64,000 nucleotides of DNA from Lophium mytilinum (lineage: Eukaryota): NCBI GenBank assembly GCA_010093605.1, contig MU004195.1:806001-870000 (forward strand), written 5' to 3'. The notes beneath the pieces are model-generated. The model ran no database searches. It was given only the letters and a program-made list of their open reading frames with translations, and was not told the origin of the DNA. Shown one piece after another: positions 1 through 13,164 of the stretch. Each line of letters begins with the position of its first letter. Within the stretch, counting starts at the first letter, position 1. Position numbers and translations under genes: made by a program.

Positions 1-827
1 TTTCCGGTTGGTTGGAGTGCCAGAAGAAAGCGACCGACATTGGGCGCAATTTGAAGCACGACGCTACAAGAATTGAGGGCGAGGCCAAGACTTTGAAGCA
101 AGGCGCTAAGGATGCCACAGCAATGCGCATCGCCTTGATGAGCATTGACTGTATCCTGTAAGATCCCCTAAACCACTTTCATCCTCAGCATTCCATCCTC
201 TCCATGCCTATCGAAGATCCTCCAATTCATTTCCTGCGCTAATATTCCCGCAGTGCCTTCATGATCGCCTTTCACGCTGGAGATGCCAGCCAACACGTGC
301 AAAGCCGCCCCCCAAATATCGATAACACATGGCGTACCCTTCTAACGCTGACCCACTCCTTCAAACCTCGCACCGTCCCTTACCGAGACCTCGAAAACCT
401 CCGCATTACCCTAGCCTCCATCATTGCTACCCGCATCGCCAACCAGCCGCGCCCCAGCAACATTAGCAACATGACGACCGCAGAAGCCGCTCAAGCATAC
501 TACAACTTGAACAAAGACATGAACAGCGTCATGCGCCTGTCCGCTGAGGCCACGACGGCACTGCCTACTTCCACCATCATCGAGAAGTATCCCCAGACCT
601 GGGAGCTACGGTCCCGCGCCACGCCTCAGGCATTCCAACAGAAGGACTTTGGCAACCACGGCGAGCTCACCGGTCCCTTCTGGCTGCCGATCGGCCCCTG
701 CACTTTCCCCATCCACGGCGTGAGATTCGGCATCGCGTACATGAACGAGTTCATGGAGCACAAGGGCACAGACTACGGCATGCTCAAGGTGCAAGCTTTC
801 CTCGACCGAAAAGCCGACGAAGCATAA
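1..827 (+). CDS. 3' part of a gene truncated by the window edge; resembles the fungal ELL-binding protein Ebp1 C-terminal domain
   Basis: Open frame from base 3 (..IGRNLKHDA..IALMSIDCIL) joins ORF 261-827 in frame across intron 158-253 (GTAAGA..GCTAAT..CAG). The pattern GRxLKH..IDCILAFMIAF..YPQTW..FWLPIG..VRFG..MNEF recalls Ebp1_C-type proteins (from memory, not searched). Confidence 0.5.
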
Positions 828-997
828 GGCACTCCCGTTGCCAAAACCCGTCTTCTCCTATTTGTTAATTAATATTCCTTACTATCAGGGTGCTACCCCA
901 CATTACGGGGCGTTGCGTTTCTGGCGTTTGAATTCCACGGACTATGGATCGGGGGTCCCGGCGATTTGCGGGGTTTTGGTACCGGGCTTGGATTCCC

Positions 998-1021
998 GGA
1001 TGGATGGATGGATGGATGGAT
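998..1021. repeat. (GGAT)6 microsatellite
   Basis: Six perfect GGAT units. Confidence 0.9.
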
Positions 1022-2039
1022 TCAGGCGTGTGATATATTGGTCTCTGATACCCCCCCTTTTCCCTTAGTCTGCGCGTACTGCGGAGATTTTGTGCATAGG
1101 CACTGGCATTGCGGTTGTGTAGTATAGCGGATACCGCCCGGTCTGGGTGCGATGATTGCGAGAGTGAGGAATAGAGCGAGAACTGTTCAATTTTGGTGCC
1201 GGGTATTGAGTGAGTGAGTGATGCAGTGATGCGTGTGTGGGTGTGAGAAGCTCCGACGTATGTACTATCGGAAACTGGGGGCCGGCAGATACCGCTTTCA
1301 ATCTGTGTACAGCAAATTTTTACCTGGTGTCCATAACGCAATTTGTTTTTCGTGAGAGTTCATATTCGAGCGACGTGAGGACGAATATGGGTACTAGGGA
1401 CGACGGGCTTGGTAACGAGCAGGACATGACATCGTGAGCAGTTGGCGCGTAGCGAGTTTGTCTATTGGAGCTGTACCCACGAAATCGCTGCATATTCTCC
1501 GTGCCTCGTGAAGGTCATCCATGTGCTCCAAGAATGAAGTAGTACAGTACTGCGCCATTAGTTTGGGCACACGGACATCACTACTTGAGTGCCGCTTTTG
1601 CAAGCCGGACGCTACTTTCAGCGGTGGCCTCACCGCGAGGATGCTTCTTAGTCAATAGGAAGCGTAGATTACATTGTGTAAGTCTTGACTTCACGCTTGT
1701 GTTGCGCTCACCCCACAGGGGCACTCCAAGCCGTGGCAAACAAAGGTGCACAGAGTTATGGCCTGTCACTGTAGGCTCCGCCACATAGAGTGACATTGCA
1801 AGCTTTCAGTCGATCCAAAGCATAGAGCAATGTCTGTTCCAAAGCTTTGAGAAGAGATAAGGGAACCCGATGAGCTCTAAACAGCCATAAAACAGACATA
1901 ATTTCATCTAGTCAAATGAAGACTTGATCCTAAAATGCCACAAACGCCAACTCCACCGTCCAATCGTGCCTATCTTCATTCCTAATAACCGTGCTGCGAC
2001 CTATCGACGTCCTAAGATTGACCTATGTTGATCGTGCAT

Positions 2040-2896
2040 TCATAGATCCAGCATCTCTCGACGGCACCTCATTTCTTCCTCCTCATCCTCATGTTTATGC
2101 AGCCATTGACACGGGCTGATCGCATAGTCGAAAGCCTCAGTATCTGACGCCCGCCATAACGCCTCTCCCCTACTCATCGACACCTTCTGCACAACAAGCA
2201 ACCATTCGACGAGCAACTCCTTGGGCATGGCCAAAAGGTCGTCTCGGAGTCCAGGCTCCTCGTCAGGATCGAGAGCGCCATTCTTTGCATAGCAAAAGAG
2301 CAGGAACTTGGTCATCCGAGAAGTGAGTCCAAGCTCCGTACCCGCTCTTCTCACATAAAATAACCCAGGAATATCGGTCATGTGGTTCAAGTAAAGCTCA
2401 CTCAACTCAATCATAATGGCGTTGCGCAACTCCACAAGGTCGTACCTGCTGGCAAAGACATACACGTCGAACAGCTCGTCAAGAGCGGAATGGAACTTCT
2501 CTGCCTCGCTTCGATCTGTGCTGATCTCTACCACTGCCTGAGCTTCGCCGTGCTTAGCCCTACCGCGTTCGAAGATGAGGTGGCCACGGAGATCGAATTG
2601 GAGCCACATGAGAACGATCTCAATTACTCGAGCGCTGGCATCGCCCTCAATGCCTACAGTGGTCGTCTTTGATTCGCGGTCTTCCTCGAAGTACTTGCGA
2701 TAGTATGTCGATGCCTCCGAAATCGCGTGTTTGGACACCCAGAAGCTCTGCTTGGAAGGCTTGATCATAAACCGAATATGATCATCCGGTCTCCACCTGC
2801 CAGAATTAGACAAACCTGGAAGAGCTCTTGCACGTATCAAGCTCGAACTACTTACCGGTCTAAAGGAGGTAGCTCGGATGATCCTGACGGCGGCAT
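2040..2896 (-). CDS. BTB/POZ-domain-like protein
   Basis: ATG at 2896 (MPPSGSSELPPLDR), phase-2 intron GTAAGT..CTAAT..CAG (about 2797-2855), then WRPDDHIRF..FWVSKHAISEASTYYRKYF..IVLMWL..LFDVYVFASRYDLVELRNAI. This is the typical fungal BTB pattern, with a C-terminal CQWxHxH. Confidence 0.75.
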
Positions 2897-3561
2897 CGCG
2901 AAGGAAAGCTAATGTTCGCTACTGTAGACTCTACGTGGCTCTGCACCTATGGTCGGTTAGGGATCACGGCCAACTTTGAGACTCGCCCTCGATTTCGAAT
3001 GTGAAGAGGGCACGGTTGTCAGATATCTACAGTTTACTTCGAAGGCCGGGTTCATGATATAGCTAATAGCCAGGTCAAGTTTGCGAAGCTTGTCGTCGTC
3101 TGAACCACAAGCATGAAGTTTTCATCAAGCAACTAGAGTGTCTTCAATACTTGTGTTTGCGTAGCCTCTGTGGCCGAAGGACGTAGAAAGTCAGGTCTAT
3201 CCTACGTGATCTGCTAGAGATTGCTACTGATAGACACGAGTCGTATTTTTGCTTGAGCTAGCACTTTCCAGAGTGGCGTGTGCTTGAATGTTCCATATGC
3301 CGAGACATCAAAGAACAACAACGAAAATAACAGAGTTAATCTGTTTGATATCAGACAACTGCTGAAAAATGTGCCACATGCTTGAAGTCAAAGTGCTTTG
3401 AACAGCAAACTCAGAGTAATTATTTCTTGAATGTTTCCCACCAAGTTCGCTCACTCTCAAGCCTAGCTCCACCTGGACTGCGCATTGGGAACCACTCCAC
3501 GCGGATCGCCGAAAGCAAAACACCGGACCACCGCACCCAACGTCAAGATGTCCTAATCACC

Positions 3562-4475
3562 ATTGCCGAAGAACTTCCAGGACCCGCCAGAACTCGCACG
3601 GTAAGTGTCCCACCACCGAAACTTCCTCGTGTTCGAGCTTCTCTAATATCCGGTAGTTGGAAGCGATATGACCATGTAGCGTGCGAAGTCGGACTGCCAG
3701 GCGAAGAGAAAGAAAGATTCATGATCTCCAGGAACGCAGTAGGCGAAGTGTGGGAGCCGACATCACCGTTCCGCAGACGGCTCGAAACCCCCCAGGACAC
3801 CTCGCCCGATGGTGTGGTAGTCCTGGACGATATTAGCGTCCCAACATTCAAAATCGTCTACATGTGGCTTCGGTGGGATTTCAGCGAAGAGTTGATTCTC
3901 TGCCACATCGCGAGGTTCAGAGCAGCACGCCACAGAGCTAGCAACGGAAGAGGCATAACGCGCGCAAACGAAATGTAGACGACGAGCCACAAACCTACAA
4001 CCCTCCCGAGCTTCCAGGCGTCGATCGGGCATTCGATGAGCTGTTCGACGCCTACGTCTTTGCAACGACATACGACTGCAAGGGCCTGCGCAAGAAGATT
4101 GTTTCCCAGCTGGAGGATTGCTGGGGTTCCGACACAAAAGTCCCGAGCGCGAGCATCTTGACCAGTATCAGCCAAAAGCTCTCTTGTCACTCGCCGTTGA
4201 CGCAGTTCTTCTTCTTTGCGTGGGCAAAAGATGTGAATCCGGAAAGGTTGGACCAAGATGACCGACGCGAGATCGAATCATTGCCTCCCGACTTTCTTTA
4301 TGAGTGGTTGGTCGTAGAGAAGCGAGTTTCCATGGCTAGAGAAAAGGATATTACGGGCGGGAAATGGTCGGACGCAACAGCGATGCTTGAGGCTATGGAC
4401 CCATGCCAATGGCATGAGCATGGGGACGACGAAGACGAGGAGGAGGAATGTCGAGAGGCGCGTGAAGAGGATTAA
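3562..4475 (+). pseudogene. BTB/POZ-like paralogue of 2040-2896, apparently disrupted (broken ATG and internal frameshift)
   Basis: Same phase-2 intron (3601-3656) and matching motifs (IVYMWL, FDELFDAYVFATTYD, EWLVVEKRVSM, PCQWHEH). The expected start reads caccATTGCCG at 3562, and the reading frame shifts between 3942 and 3975. Confidence 0.65.
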
Positions 4476-5623
4476 TTTCTGGCAGTGACATAGCTGGAGA
4501 ATATTGCAAAGTCTTCGTGTGTAGAGTGTGGTGCGATCGAAAAGGAACTAGAAGCTTCAATCAGTAAATGAACATATGCGACAAGCACTCCGCATAAGCT
4601 CTCAACCCCAACATGGCTATGCGAGCGGATGATTCCCCTCCAGCGGCACGCTACTAACCTCCTCTAGCCTGCCGCAGGACATCCAACCGTATCATGATAT
4701 CCTCACCACTAATCTGCACAACGTCCACGCGCACCCCATCAGCATTACAGGTTGCCTCGTACAACGTCGTTCGTATAACGTCGGATGGGATGCCGACCGG
4801 CGGGGCTGCGCGCCTGGTTGGGGCAACCTAGCCGATGGTAGAGTAAAAGGTAACACCGGCCGGTATGGAAGCCTAACCCCCGTACTCTGGGCTCGTGACC
4901 AGGTAAATGACGCTGCGAAGGGTGAGCATTGGTAGATCGGGTTGATTGGGACATGCCTAAACGAGTTAATGCCGCATTAGCTCCGAGAAGTCTTGATATT
5001 GAGGTGGGGAAGTGTGACGGAGGAAGACGGGATCCGAAGAAACAGGTGTCAACGTCTGATAGTAGCGGTGTCGGGAAAATGATATCATGAGACTTAACAG
5101 GACATTCAGCTTCTCACTCGCCTCACTCGCTCCTCCACTCCACGGACACACACACCGAATGGAAAGTTGTCTGATTTTGAGTATTGTACATGCCGCCCTG
5201 CTCGGTTATCGTACACATCATCCCGAGGAACATCATCAAGCGGGAACTCATTCATCACACCAGATTGCCATGACTCATTGAATTCGTGACTGCCGTTACC
5301 GACTCCAAAGTCCGATGCAAAAAAGCCTAAGTGAACAGTGCCGCTTCCTTCCAAGCTAACACAACTTGCTTTTCCAAATTGTCTGACAAAAAGTGCTTTT
5401 TGGATCCTTCCAGGATTGGACATCCAGTGCAAAAATCGGCCCACATGCTGGTGGCACCGAGCGAACAAGAGCAATCATGATACAAGAAAAGAAATCAGGT
5501 GCTTAGCGAACATCGACTGGCCGCGGCCCGAATGGGATTGAGGGGATCTTGTCGGCGAAAACGAGTCTTCCGGTGTATCGAGAGTTTGGCAGGCGATCGT
5601 AGGCGAAGCGAGTGATGGGGAGC

Positions 5624-6632
5624 TTAGTTGGGGCAGGAAGCCTGGACGTGGCCCGGCTGCTTGCACTTGTAGCAGACGCGCTCGTTGGAGGTCTCGGATG
5701 GGCAGTCGCGGCTAAGATGACCGACTTCGCCGCCTGAGAGCGATTCAGCGTTAGCAAGCTGTTTGGAAAAAGTGATGAGTGGGCTTACAGTTGTAGCACT
5801 TCTGGCCTTGAGTGCAGTCGCGCGACATATGTCCATAGCCACCGCAGGAGTAGCAAGTTGTCTGACGCTGTCCTCCTCCATAGCCACCGGCTCCTCCGCC
5901 GTATCCTCCTCCGCCGTATCCACCTGGGGCGCCGCCGTAGCTACCTCCGCCATTCTGAGTGCATGAGCGAGCGATGTGGCCGACCTTGCCACACTTGTAG
6001 CATTCCTGGCCCGAGCTACCGGCTCCACCACCGTAGCCGCCGGCAGCGGCCTCCTGGGGGCAGTCACGCGAAACGTGACCGGTCTGACCGCATCGGTAGC
6101 ACGTCTTCTCGGCCTGGGGCTGGGTGCATTCGCGGCTAAGATGGCCCTTCTCGCCACAGTTGTAGCAAGTAGGGTTGCCCTTGGACGGGCAGTCGCGCGC
6201 TTGGTGGGTCGTGTCGCCGCCTTGACACCATTAGTATTGACCTCCACAGTTTGTAATTGCAGCAAAACTTCAGCAAAGTGCAAGCAACAAGAGCGAGTAG
6301 AGTGGAGTCCTTGGAACCTCGAGACCTTTGGTTGCGCTTGCATACAGCAAAGGTTCTCGAAGTGGCAATTTCCCGACAGGATTGGCTGGGATGACGAGCT
6401 CGTAGCAAAACAGATGGTGAACAAGGGGTGGAGTCGAGCTTGACATGGGGCGTTGAATCGAGGGTCGGGTTCGTGATACATGACTTGAAGGGCAAACAAA
6501 GACCATTGTCGTTGCGAATGTCGCGCGAAGAGAGGCGGGGAAAGCAAAATTCGAGCGGATCGAGGGCTGTTAGTACGTACAGTTGTAGCAACCGCGTCCT
6601 CCGCCTGGGGCAGCACCAGCGTTGAAATCCAT
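5624..6632 (-). CDS. GIS2: CCHC zinc-knuckle nucleic-acid-binding protein (GIS2/Byr3/CNBP family)
   Basis: Exons 6632-6581, 6220-5789 and 5733-5624 splice in frame to give [29 protein letters not shown]...[16 protein letters not shown], with repeated CX2CX4HX4C knuckles and a Gly-rich linker. There is also a 5'UTR intron at 6634-6723. Confidence 0.92.
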
Positions 6633-7338
6633 ACTGGAAATTGTGCTTCAATTGCTGTCAGTGATGGGTCCGCGTGAAAAGCGCGACGCCCGACTTTTGT
6701 CGGATGCTTGTTGATGGACTCACTTGGGTTGAGGTTGCTGGTGGCGAAGTGATAGTTAAGAAGCTGTTGATTGCTGTTAGCCAAACGGTCTCCACTCGAG
6801 CGAGTGTTGTAAGGCGACGGTGGTGGCGGTGATGGTGACGGGCGGTAAAGTGGTGAAAGTCGGCTCGTGAGTTTTTTTGAGGAGTGCCCCGTCGGCTGCG
6901 CTAGTCCTAAGGTGGCTAGCGAACCGCGGTTAAGCCGGGAGTCGCCGTTGGCTTTGTTTGATGACCAGGGGCCGCTGGAATGACGGCAGATTCCTCCATC
7001 AAGAAGCAGAAAAATGTTGACATGCAAACAAGTGATGGATTTCAAGCCTGAACGTCGTGAGAAATGTGAAGTGAAATGAAAGTGCCACATGCGCCTTTCC
7101 TTTCCGTTCCTTTTCTTGGTAATTAGTACAGCGGGAACATGCAGACGGGAAACTAGCTGGGCACGTGCTGGGATAGCCCAGCGGGTTTGGGGGGCAGACT
7201 GTTCAAGATATAGAATATTGAACTGCTTGCGCATGGGAAGATGTCACTTAAGACAAACTGTATACTCACTTGGTGCCTGCGGTATGAGCGGGAACAGGTA
7301 TGTACGTCTTTCACTGGGGTATCTAATGCTGGCTGGGA

Positions 7339-9057
7339 TCATGTGAAATCATATACAACTAACGCCTGACTGCCTTGGCTCTTTTCCCGCAGAACAATGA
7401 CATTTTCGTCATCGAATCCCACCCATCCACGAGTCACAGACATGCTCTCCATCTTATGCTCCAGGGCAAGTCCTGAGCCGGATCCCCGTTGAAGGATCGC
7501 ATCAGATATAGCGGCTAGATTCTGGGAAGCCACGCCATTCTCAGGTCTGAGTCGCACGCTGAGCTCTCCAGTAACTAGCTTCCTCCTGGTGGCCGACGAC
7601 GCCATTCCTCCTTCCAATTCCCATACGCGTAATTCATCCCCGTGGCTGCTCACAGACACAGCCTTGCCCCTTCCACCAACGTAAGCGCCAGAGACGGAGG
7701 AAGTGTGACCCCACAACCGGCTTCCTGGGCCAATGGATAGCGAAGAAGACGTGGATGTGACCAGGTATAGCGTAAGAGTGTTGTCTGGATGCGACACCAA
7801 AAGATATGGATGAGAGTAGGATAGTGACGTGGGTTTGGCGTGTGCGTCCCGAGACCCAAACGACGAGTCCTGAGCTGACACCATACTTGGCGAAGATGGT
7901 CGCGTTGACGGCGAGGAGAACGACCCTCTGCGAGCGAGAGAATGAAAGTTGTCGTTCGCAGCAGACGCTAGTCTTGATTCGATCAATTCTCCATCAGATG
8001 TCAATCGCATCTCTTGAATTCCCACTGACCATCCGGAAAGGTATGTCGGCACAGAGTATGCAATAGAAGCTATTATGCTGCCTGATGCTGGTCGGATGGT
8101 AAGTGACAGCGGTAAGCTGACAGTATGTGACCGCAGAGAGTAGAGCAACCGTGGTGGTTCAAGCGTGTCTTGTCCCCGGTCGTCCTTTTCTGCTTCTGGG
8201 AATTTGTACAATGAAAGGAGTTGCCCTTCTGTCATGGTAACGAGATACGGCGATGCGTACGCAACTGCTGAGAGCATTCCGTTCGATGACCGAGGGTGGC
8301 GGTAAACTTCGAGGAAACGGCCCGCGTCTGTCCTAAGCTCGTAAATGCAGAAGTGACCGTCCTCAAAACCAACAACAAGTCGGTGACGGTCCATAGATAG
8401 GTCTTGTGGATCCACTGCCAATGAGGTCGGATTGCGGTCCGCTTGCGTCTCGAGTTCTACCGTGGCGATAAGTTTGCGGTCTTTCTTGGAAGACCAAGCT
8501 CGGAGCCCTGCGATTGAGTCCACTGTATACACAACGCCATCATGCATGCGTACTATCAGCGGCGGGGCCGGTGGCTTCTCCGTGACAGAAATCTCCCGGA
8601 CAGCACATTTCCCTTGCGACCAATTGTCGCGTAATTTGTATTGCCGTTTCCAGTTTGTCTCTTGCCCTCTCCGCACTAGATGCTCGTCGTCTAGCCACTT
8701 GGACAGTTTCGAAGAATAGAATAAGTGATTAGAGGACATGCTGGGGTCTTTGATGCCCGGTAGTCGAGACGCTCTGGGGCGTACAAAGCGGTTGTAGTAT
8801 GCCGCCTTCCATAGTTGTGAATCGCCGGCTATCGCGTGGAATTTATGGGACAACCTACGTATTTCAGCACCTGAGTACGAAGAGTGTATGAGTGCGACTT
8901 ACCTTTGACAGAGACCCAAAGTTGACGTGGGAACGAAGGATAGTATTCGGAGGAGTAGCTCGTCGCTGAGCTGTGAGAGTCGATCGATCGAGTCTATGCG
9001 GCGAACTTTAAGTTCTCGTCCTAGAGGACCGTCTCCATCATATGCACGCTTTGCCAT
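7339..9057 (-). CDS. F-box protein with C-terminal WD40-like region
   Basis: Exon 9057-8903 contains the F-box start (LSQLSDELLLRILSFV). Intron 8855-8902 joins in frame to RLSHKFHAIAGDSQLWK. The C-terminus has WD-like segments (LWGHTSSVSGA, ELRVWELE). Confidence 0.85.
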
Positions 9058-9512
9058 GGTGTCGGAGTTTGGTTGTGATCTTGTAGAGGGGTGCCATCCA
9101 AGAGTTGATGTCCGAGAAGTCAATCACGCTGGGCATGGAAAGAAGTGGCACTCTCATCAATATTTATCTTTTGCACATCTGCTGCCACTGTCTGGAGTGT
9201 TACAACGATTTTCCAGATAGGGCAAAGCGATGAGGAATTATCTCATTCGTATTCCCGAAAATGCATTAAGCCCCACAAACAGCGGTGCATAAGAGGCAGA
9301 ATGCGGGTTGAGCATGCCACCTTTCTCATGCCCCGCGCGGTGAATATAGCGTCTTGGCAACTATCACGTGCTCGCGGGTCACCGTGCTTTTAGCTGCCTC
9401 GGAGCTATGTGCGCTCTCGACAACAACTATACACCACACCACATTAGGAGTGACCGCCACACTTCGACAGCTCGACGCGTTCAATTATCTGTTATCGCAC
9501 GCCGGACATGCA

Positions 9513-12354
9513 ATGGAGAAGCCGGGTGGTGGGTGGCTCGAGATATACAAGAATGCGGTAACTACCGACCGGGCACGCGTTGATGAGGTGGCGTTCAACA
9601 TCCTGGAGGCAGAAATATCGCGTCGTAAGTCGATTCCACTATACACGAAATCTTTTGAATGAACTTCAACTCATATTCGGTCACCTAGGAGATGAAGAAA
9701 AGCAAAGCCTCACAGACCACATTTCTGAACTTGTCATCAAGAACGCCCAACTCGTTCAAGATAATAACAGATTGAAAGATCAGCTGTCTATTGCTCACTC
9801 TGGAGTAGTACCCCCAAATGAAAAGAACCTCTCTAGCAGAGACGTTCAAGAAGACACGAGAGGAGAAAAGGACAAGGCCGTTCCATACGAGGACTATGCC
9901 AATCTCACATCAAGACTAGAGGAGCTCCGGACGCGAAACGTTACCACCGAGAAAACCTTGGAAGATGCCATCAATGAAAACGAACGTCTCATAAAGAAAG
10001 TAAAACTTTGGGACCAGAAATTTCACACGTTGAAAACCAGTTGTAAAGAATGGCATGCTTACGGACAAAGAATGAAGCAGGCGTATGATGAGCTGAGAGC
10101 AAACCCCATTCTCCAGTCCACCTTTCCCATTTCAGCTGCCACCAATGGAGCAGCGCCGATCTCAAAGCTCTCAGCTATTACTACTCTCCCAACAACTCCT
10201 TCGGACTTGGCCAGTTCGCCAGCACCGCATCTGCTTTTGAATGCTGGGGATAGATTGTGTCCCATTGATGAGATCCCACAAGTCGCTCTATCCACAGAGG
10301 AAACTAAGCAGCTGAATACCCCGACCCTGGCACGGAGTATCAATGATCGGCCAAAGCCCGGGGAGACAACCGAACTCCCTCCAACAGTGCCTAGTGAAGC
10401 TCATGCCACCCTTGCCAATGCCTCTAGGGATAGTGGTCCTTATAAGGATACCAAAGAACTACATCAATACATTTCTGCGCACTGGGTTGAGGTGAAGGGC
10501 CGAGACCTTAAACGTGTAAAGGAAATTGTTCGGCGAAGTGACCCTGAGATGGGGAGGAAGCTAGCCCTGGACCGGCTTTCCCGAGAGAGTCTGGAGGAGC
10601 TGTATACGCATGTGCGGGAAGTTGTTGGAAGGCGGTCCTTGGAACTCGATTTTGAAACATCGAGTGCTGGCGAGCATACCGAGTCCGAAAAAGGGTCATT
10701 TCAGAACTCATCGACCATTTTCGAGGCAATGCCAAACGGCGAACCTCCAAATACACACAGAGATCACGGTATCAGTATCACGGACTTTGCGTTTGACACA
10801 TCGAGTGTCGCTGGACCTCCGATATCTGAGATCTTGCCGTCGAGTCAAACCACCCAGGACGATGCAGCCACTGAAGAAGGGACTGTCATCCAGCCGATAG
10901 ATCAAGACGATGACGACGATTTACCAGTCTTTGTATCCGCGAAATCTCTCAAGCGAAAGAGGCGAGGGCCAGATCCTGTCGAAGTGATCAACCACAATCA
11001 CGTACGACAGGGTGGATCCGCCACGCCAATCCAAGTGAAGGACGAACCGCACAGCAGCCCACCAGTTCTTCCACGTTCACCGAGAAGATTGGATCGGACC
11101 GAGACGCTTGATCTCGATGAGCTGGGGTTCAGAATCGCCACACCACGGAAACCGGCATTGCATCCAATCCTTAGTCCTGGTACAACCAAGGGGTCTATTC
11201 GATCGCTAGCACTCCAGAAACTCCGCCATGAACGATCTACCAGCGAGCCAGCTGTCAAAGATGAACCCAGTTTCGACTATCAGCCTTTCGTCAGACCGTT
11301 TGAAGCAGCAGCCGGCCCGACATATCTAGATAATGTAGACACAGCTGCAGAGGATCGGGCGAACAGCGCACCTGCTGAAACCCAGCAACTGAAACACGCA
11401 GCCGCAACAACACGCGTTCTGAAAGAACTGGATCCAAATACTAAGATCCTCTTCGAAAGCAGCGACCAGGAGCCTCTCCGGAAGCGAAGGCGCGAAGCAA
11501 TCCAAGCTGTTAGGAATACCCCAACAAGCAAACGCGAAATTGCTGATGACGGACGAGGGCATTTTGGTGTTACTGAGCAGCTACAACGGCATATTGGCCG
11601 CAGTGCTCTTACAAACGCTCGTACTCCGGCTAGACAGTCCAAAATTCGTTCTTCTATACAGAATCCAACGCCACCTACGACTGGAAAATCTCGCTCTGCT
11701 CGCGACAAATTAGCAGCTCAGGCGACCCCAACTACTAGATCCGCATTGAGCCACCCGCCGGAGTCACCCGCATCTCGTCCAGGTTCGCGAACATCGCAAC
11801 CTCCTCTCCGTTCTCGTCCTATCGAGCAGCTCACCCTAGACCACTTCAAGCCAAATCCGACCTATAACCAAGGGCTCGACTATGCCTTTGTCGAGACTGT
11901 TCGCGGACGGGATGCTCGAAAATGCCTGCCAGGGTGCACGAAGCCCGAATGCTGTGGCTCAGCTTTCCGGGCCCTCGCAATGGCTGCTCCAACCCTAGCA
12001 GCCCCAAGAGGTCTCTTCGACGGGGACGATGAAGTGGATGACGAAACACGCTTGCTGAAAGACTATATGGGCGATGCATATAGCGCAGTACGGATTAGCC
12101 GCATGTCGACCGACGAAAAGGAAGAGCTGCTACTCCAGGCGCGAACCCGTCTGCTTGCAGACAGGCATGGCAGACATAAGCAGGCTTATGAACGACAATC
12201 GACGCCGCCAGGCTTTTGGAGAACCGATTTTCCGTCCACGCAGGAGACGGAGAAGGATAGGGAAGAGGCGAGGAAGCTTGACAGGGCTAAGGTTGAAGAG
12301 CGGTGGAGGGACGCGATGAGAGATGGTGGACGGTGGATCTTTAGGGATGAGTGA
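9513..12354 (+). CDS. SAE2: DNA end-resection factor SAE2/Ctp1/CtIP homologue
   Basis: Exon 9513-9624, intron 9625-9688, then ORF to 12354. N-terminal coiled coil; C-terminal VRGRDARKCLPGCTKPECC and GRHK..TPPGFWRTDFPSTQE match the CtIP/Sae2 C-terminal signature. Confidence 0.85.
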
Positions 12355-13164
12355 GTGGCTTTTGTGGGCTGGGACCGCTCGTTTTCGTTATGGGAATTGC
12401 TGCATAGCGCACGCGATTAGTGCATGGAATGGCGTTTCTGCTATTATGCTGCATTTTTGAAGCGCGCATGGTGGTATGGGTCGCAAAGCGGGATTTGGGA
12501 GTCTGGGTGGGCTTCGCTGTTAGGGTGACATCGACGTCATGTCTGCATTTTATTTAGAACGCATTATCTTTCAAATTGCAAGATCATCTTTTAACAGCCC
12601 CTTCTTCTCTCGTTGAAGATTGTTGGATGCAGATTAGCAAACCAGTCCTATAATTCCACGTCAAGGAGGTGAACTGTATGCTAGCTTAGTTTGATAAAAG
12701 GATTCAGTTCTGGGGCGTGAAAATCAGGCGCCGGTTTCAGTAATACTGAGTTGGGATATAGATTGCACCTCTACCGAAAAGAAGAAAATGTTAACATTTA
12801 CGAAGGACGAATCCATCCGTCCTACGCGTCAATTCAAACCTTACATACATAGTAAACTTCAAAATTGTGAAAATAAGTTTATAGTATCCAAGCATTCTTA
12901 GAAAAATGGGGCTTCTTTACGATCCTGAGACTCTTTTCGTACCCTGTTTCCGTGTCACCAAATGATCTCTCGCTACGCACCCCCTCATGTTCCCTCATAC
13001 CATCAGGAGTCAGTCCCTTATTGCAAATCTCACGCCGCACCGTGAATCTTTCTTTACAGCCACAGATCCTCCTTTTTCAGTCCTTTAGTAAATCTGGCTA
13101 GGCATATCTGTAAAAGAGCTTTTCGTTTCGTCAAAGCGCACGGGGAGCCTTTCACTACCTCTTC

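Noticed and set aside
4872..4879. CCTAACCC as a telomerase RNA template
   Set aside because: An 8-mer is expected by chance in 64 kb, and no other telomerase RNA elements were recognisable.
4895..4912. Minus-strand ATTTACCTGG resembling the U1 snRNA 5' end
   Set aside because: Does not match ACTTACCTG exactly, and U1 loop motifs and an Sm site were not found.
5624..7234. 536-aa ORF as a single protein
   Set aside because: Only its last ~36 codons belong to the real spliced GIS2 frame; the rest is alternative-frame, intron and promoter sequence.
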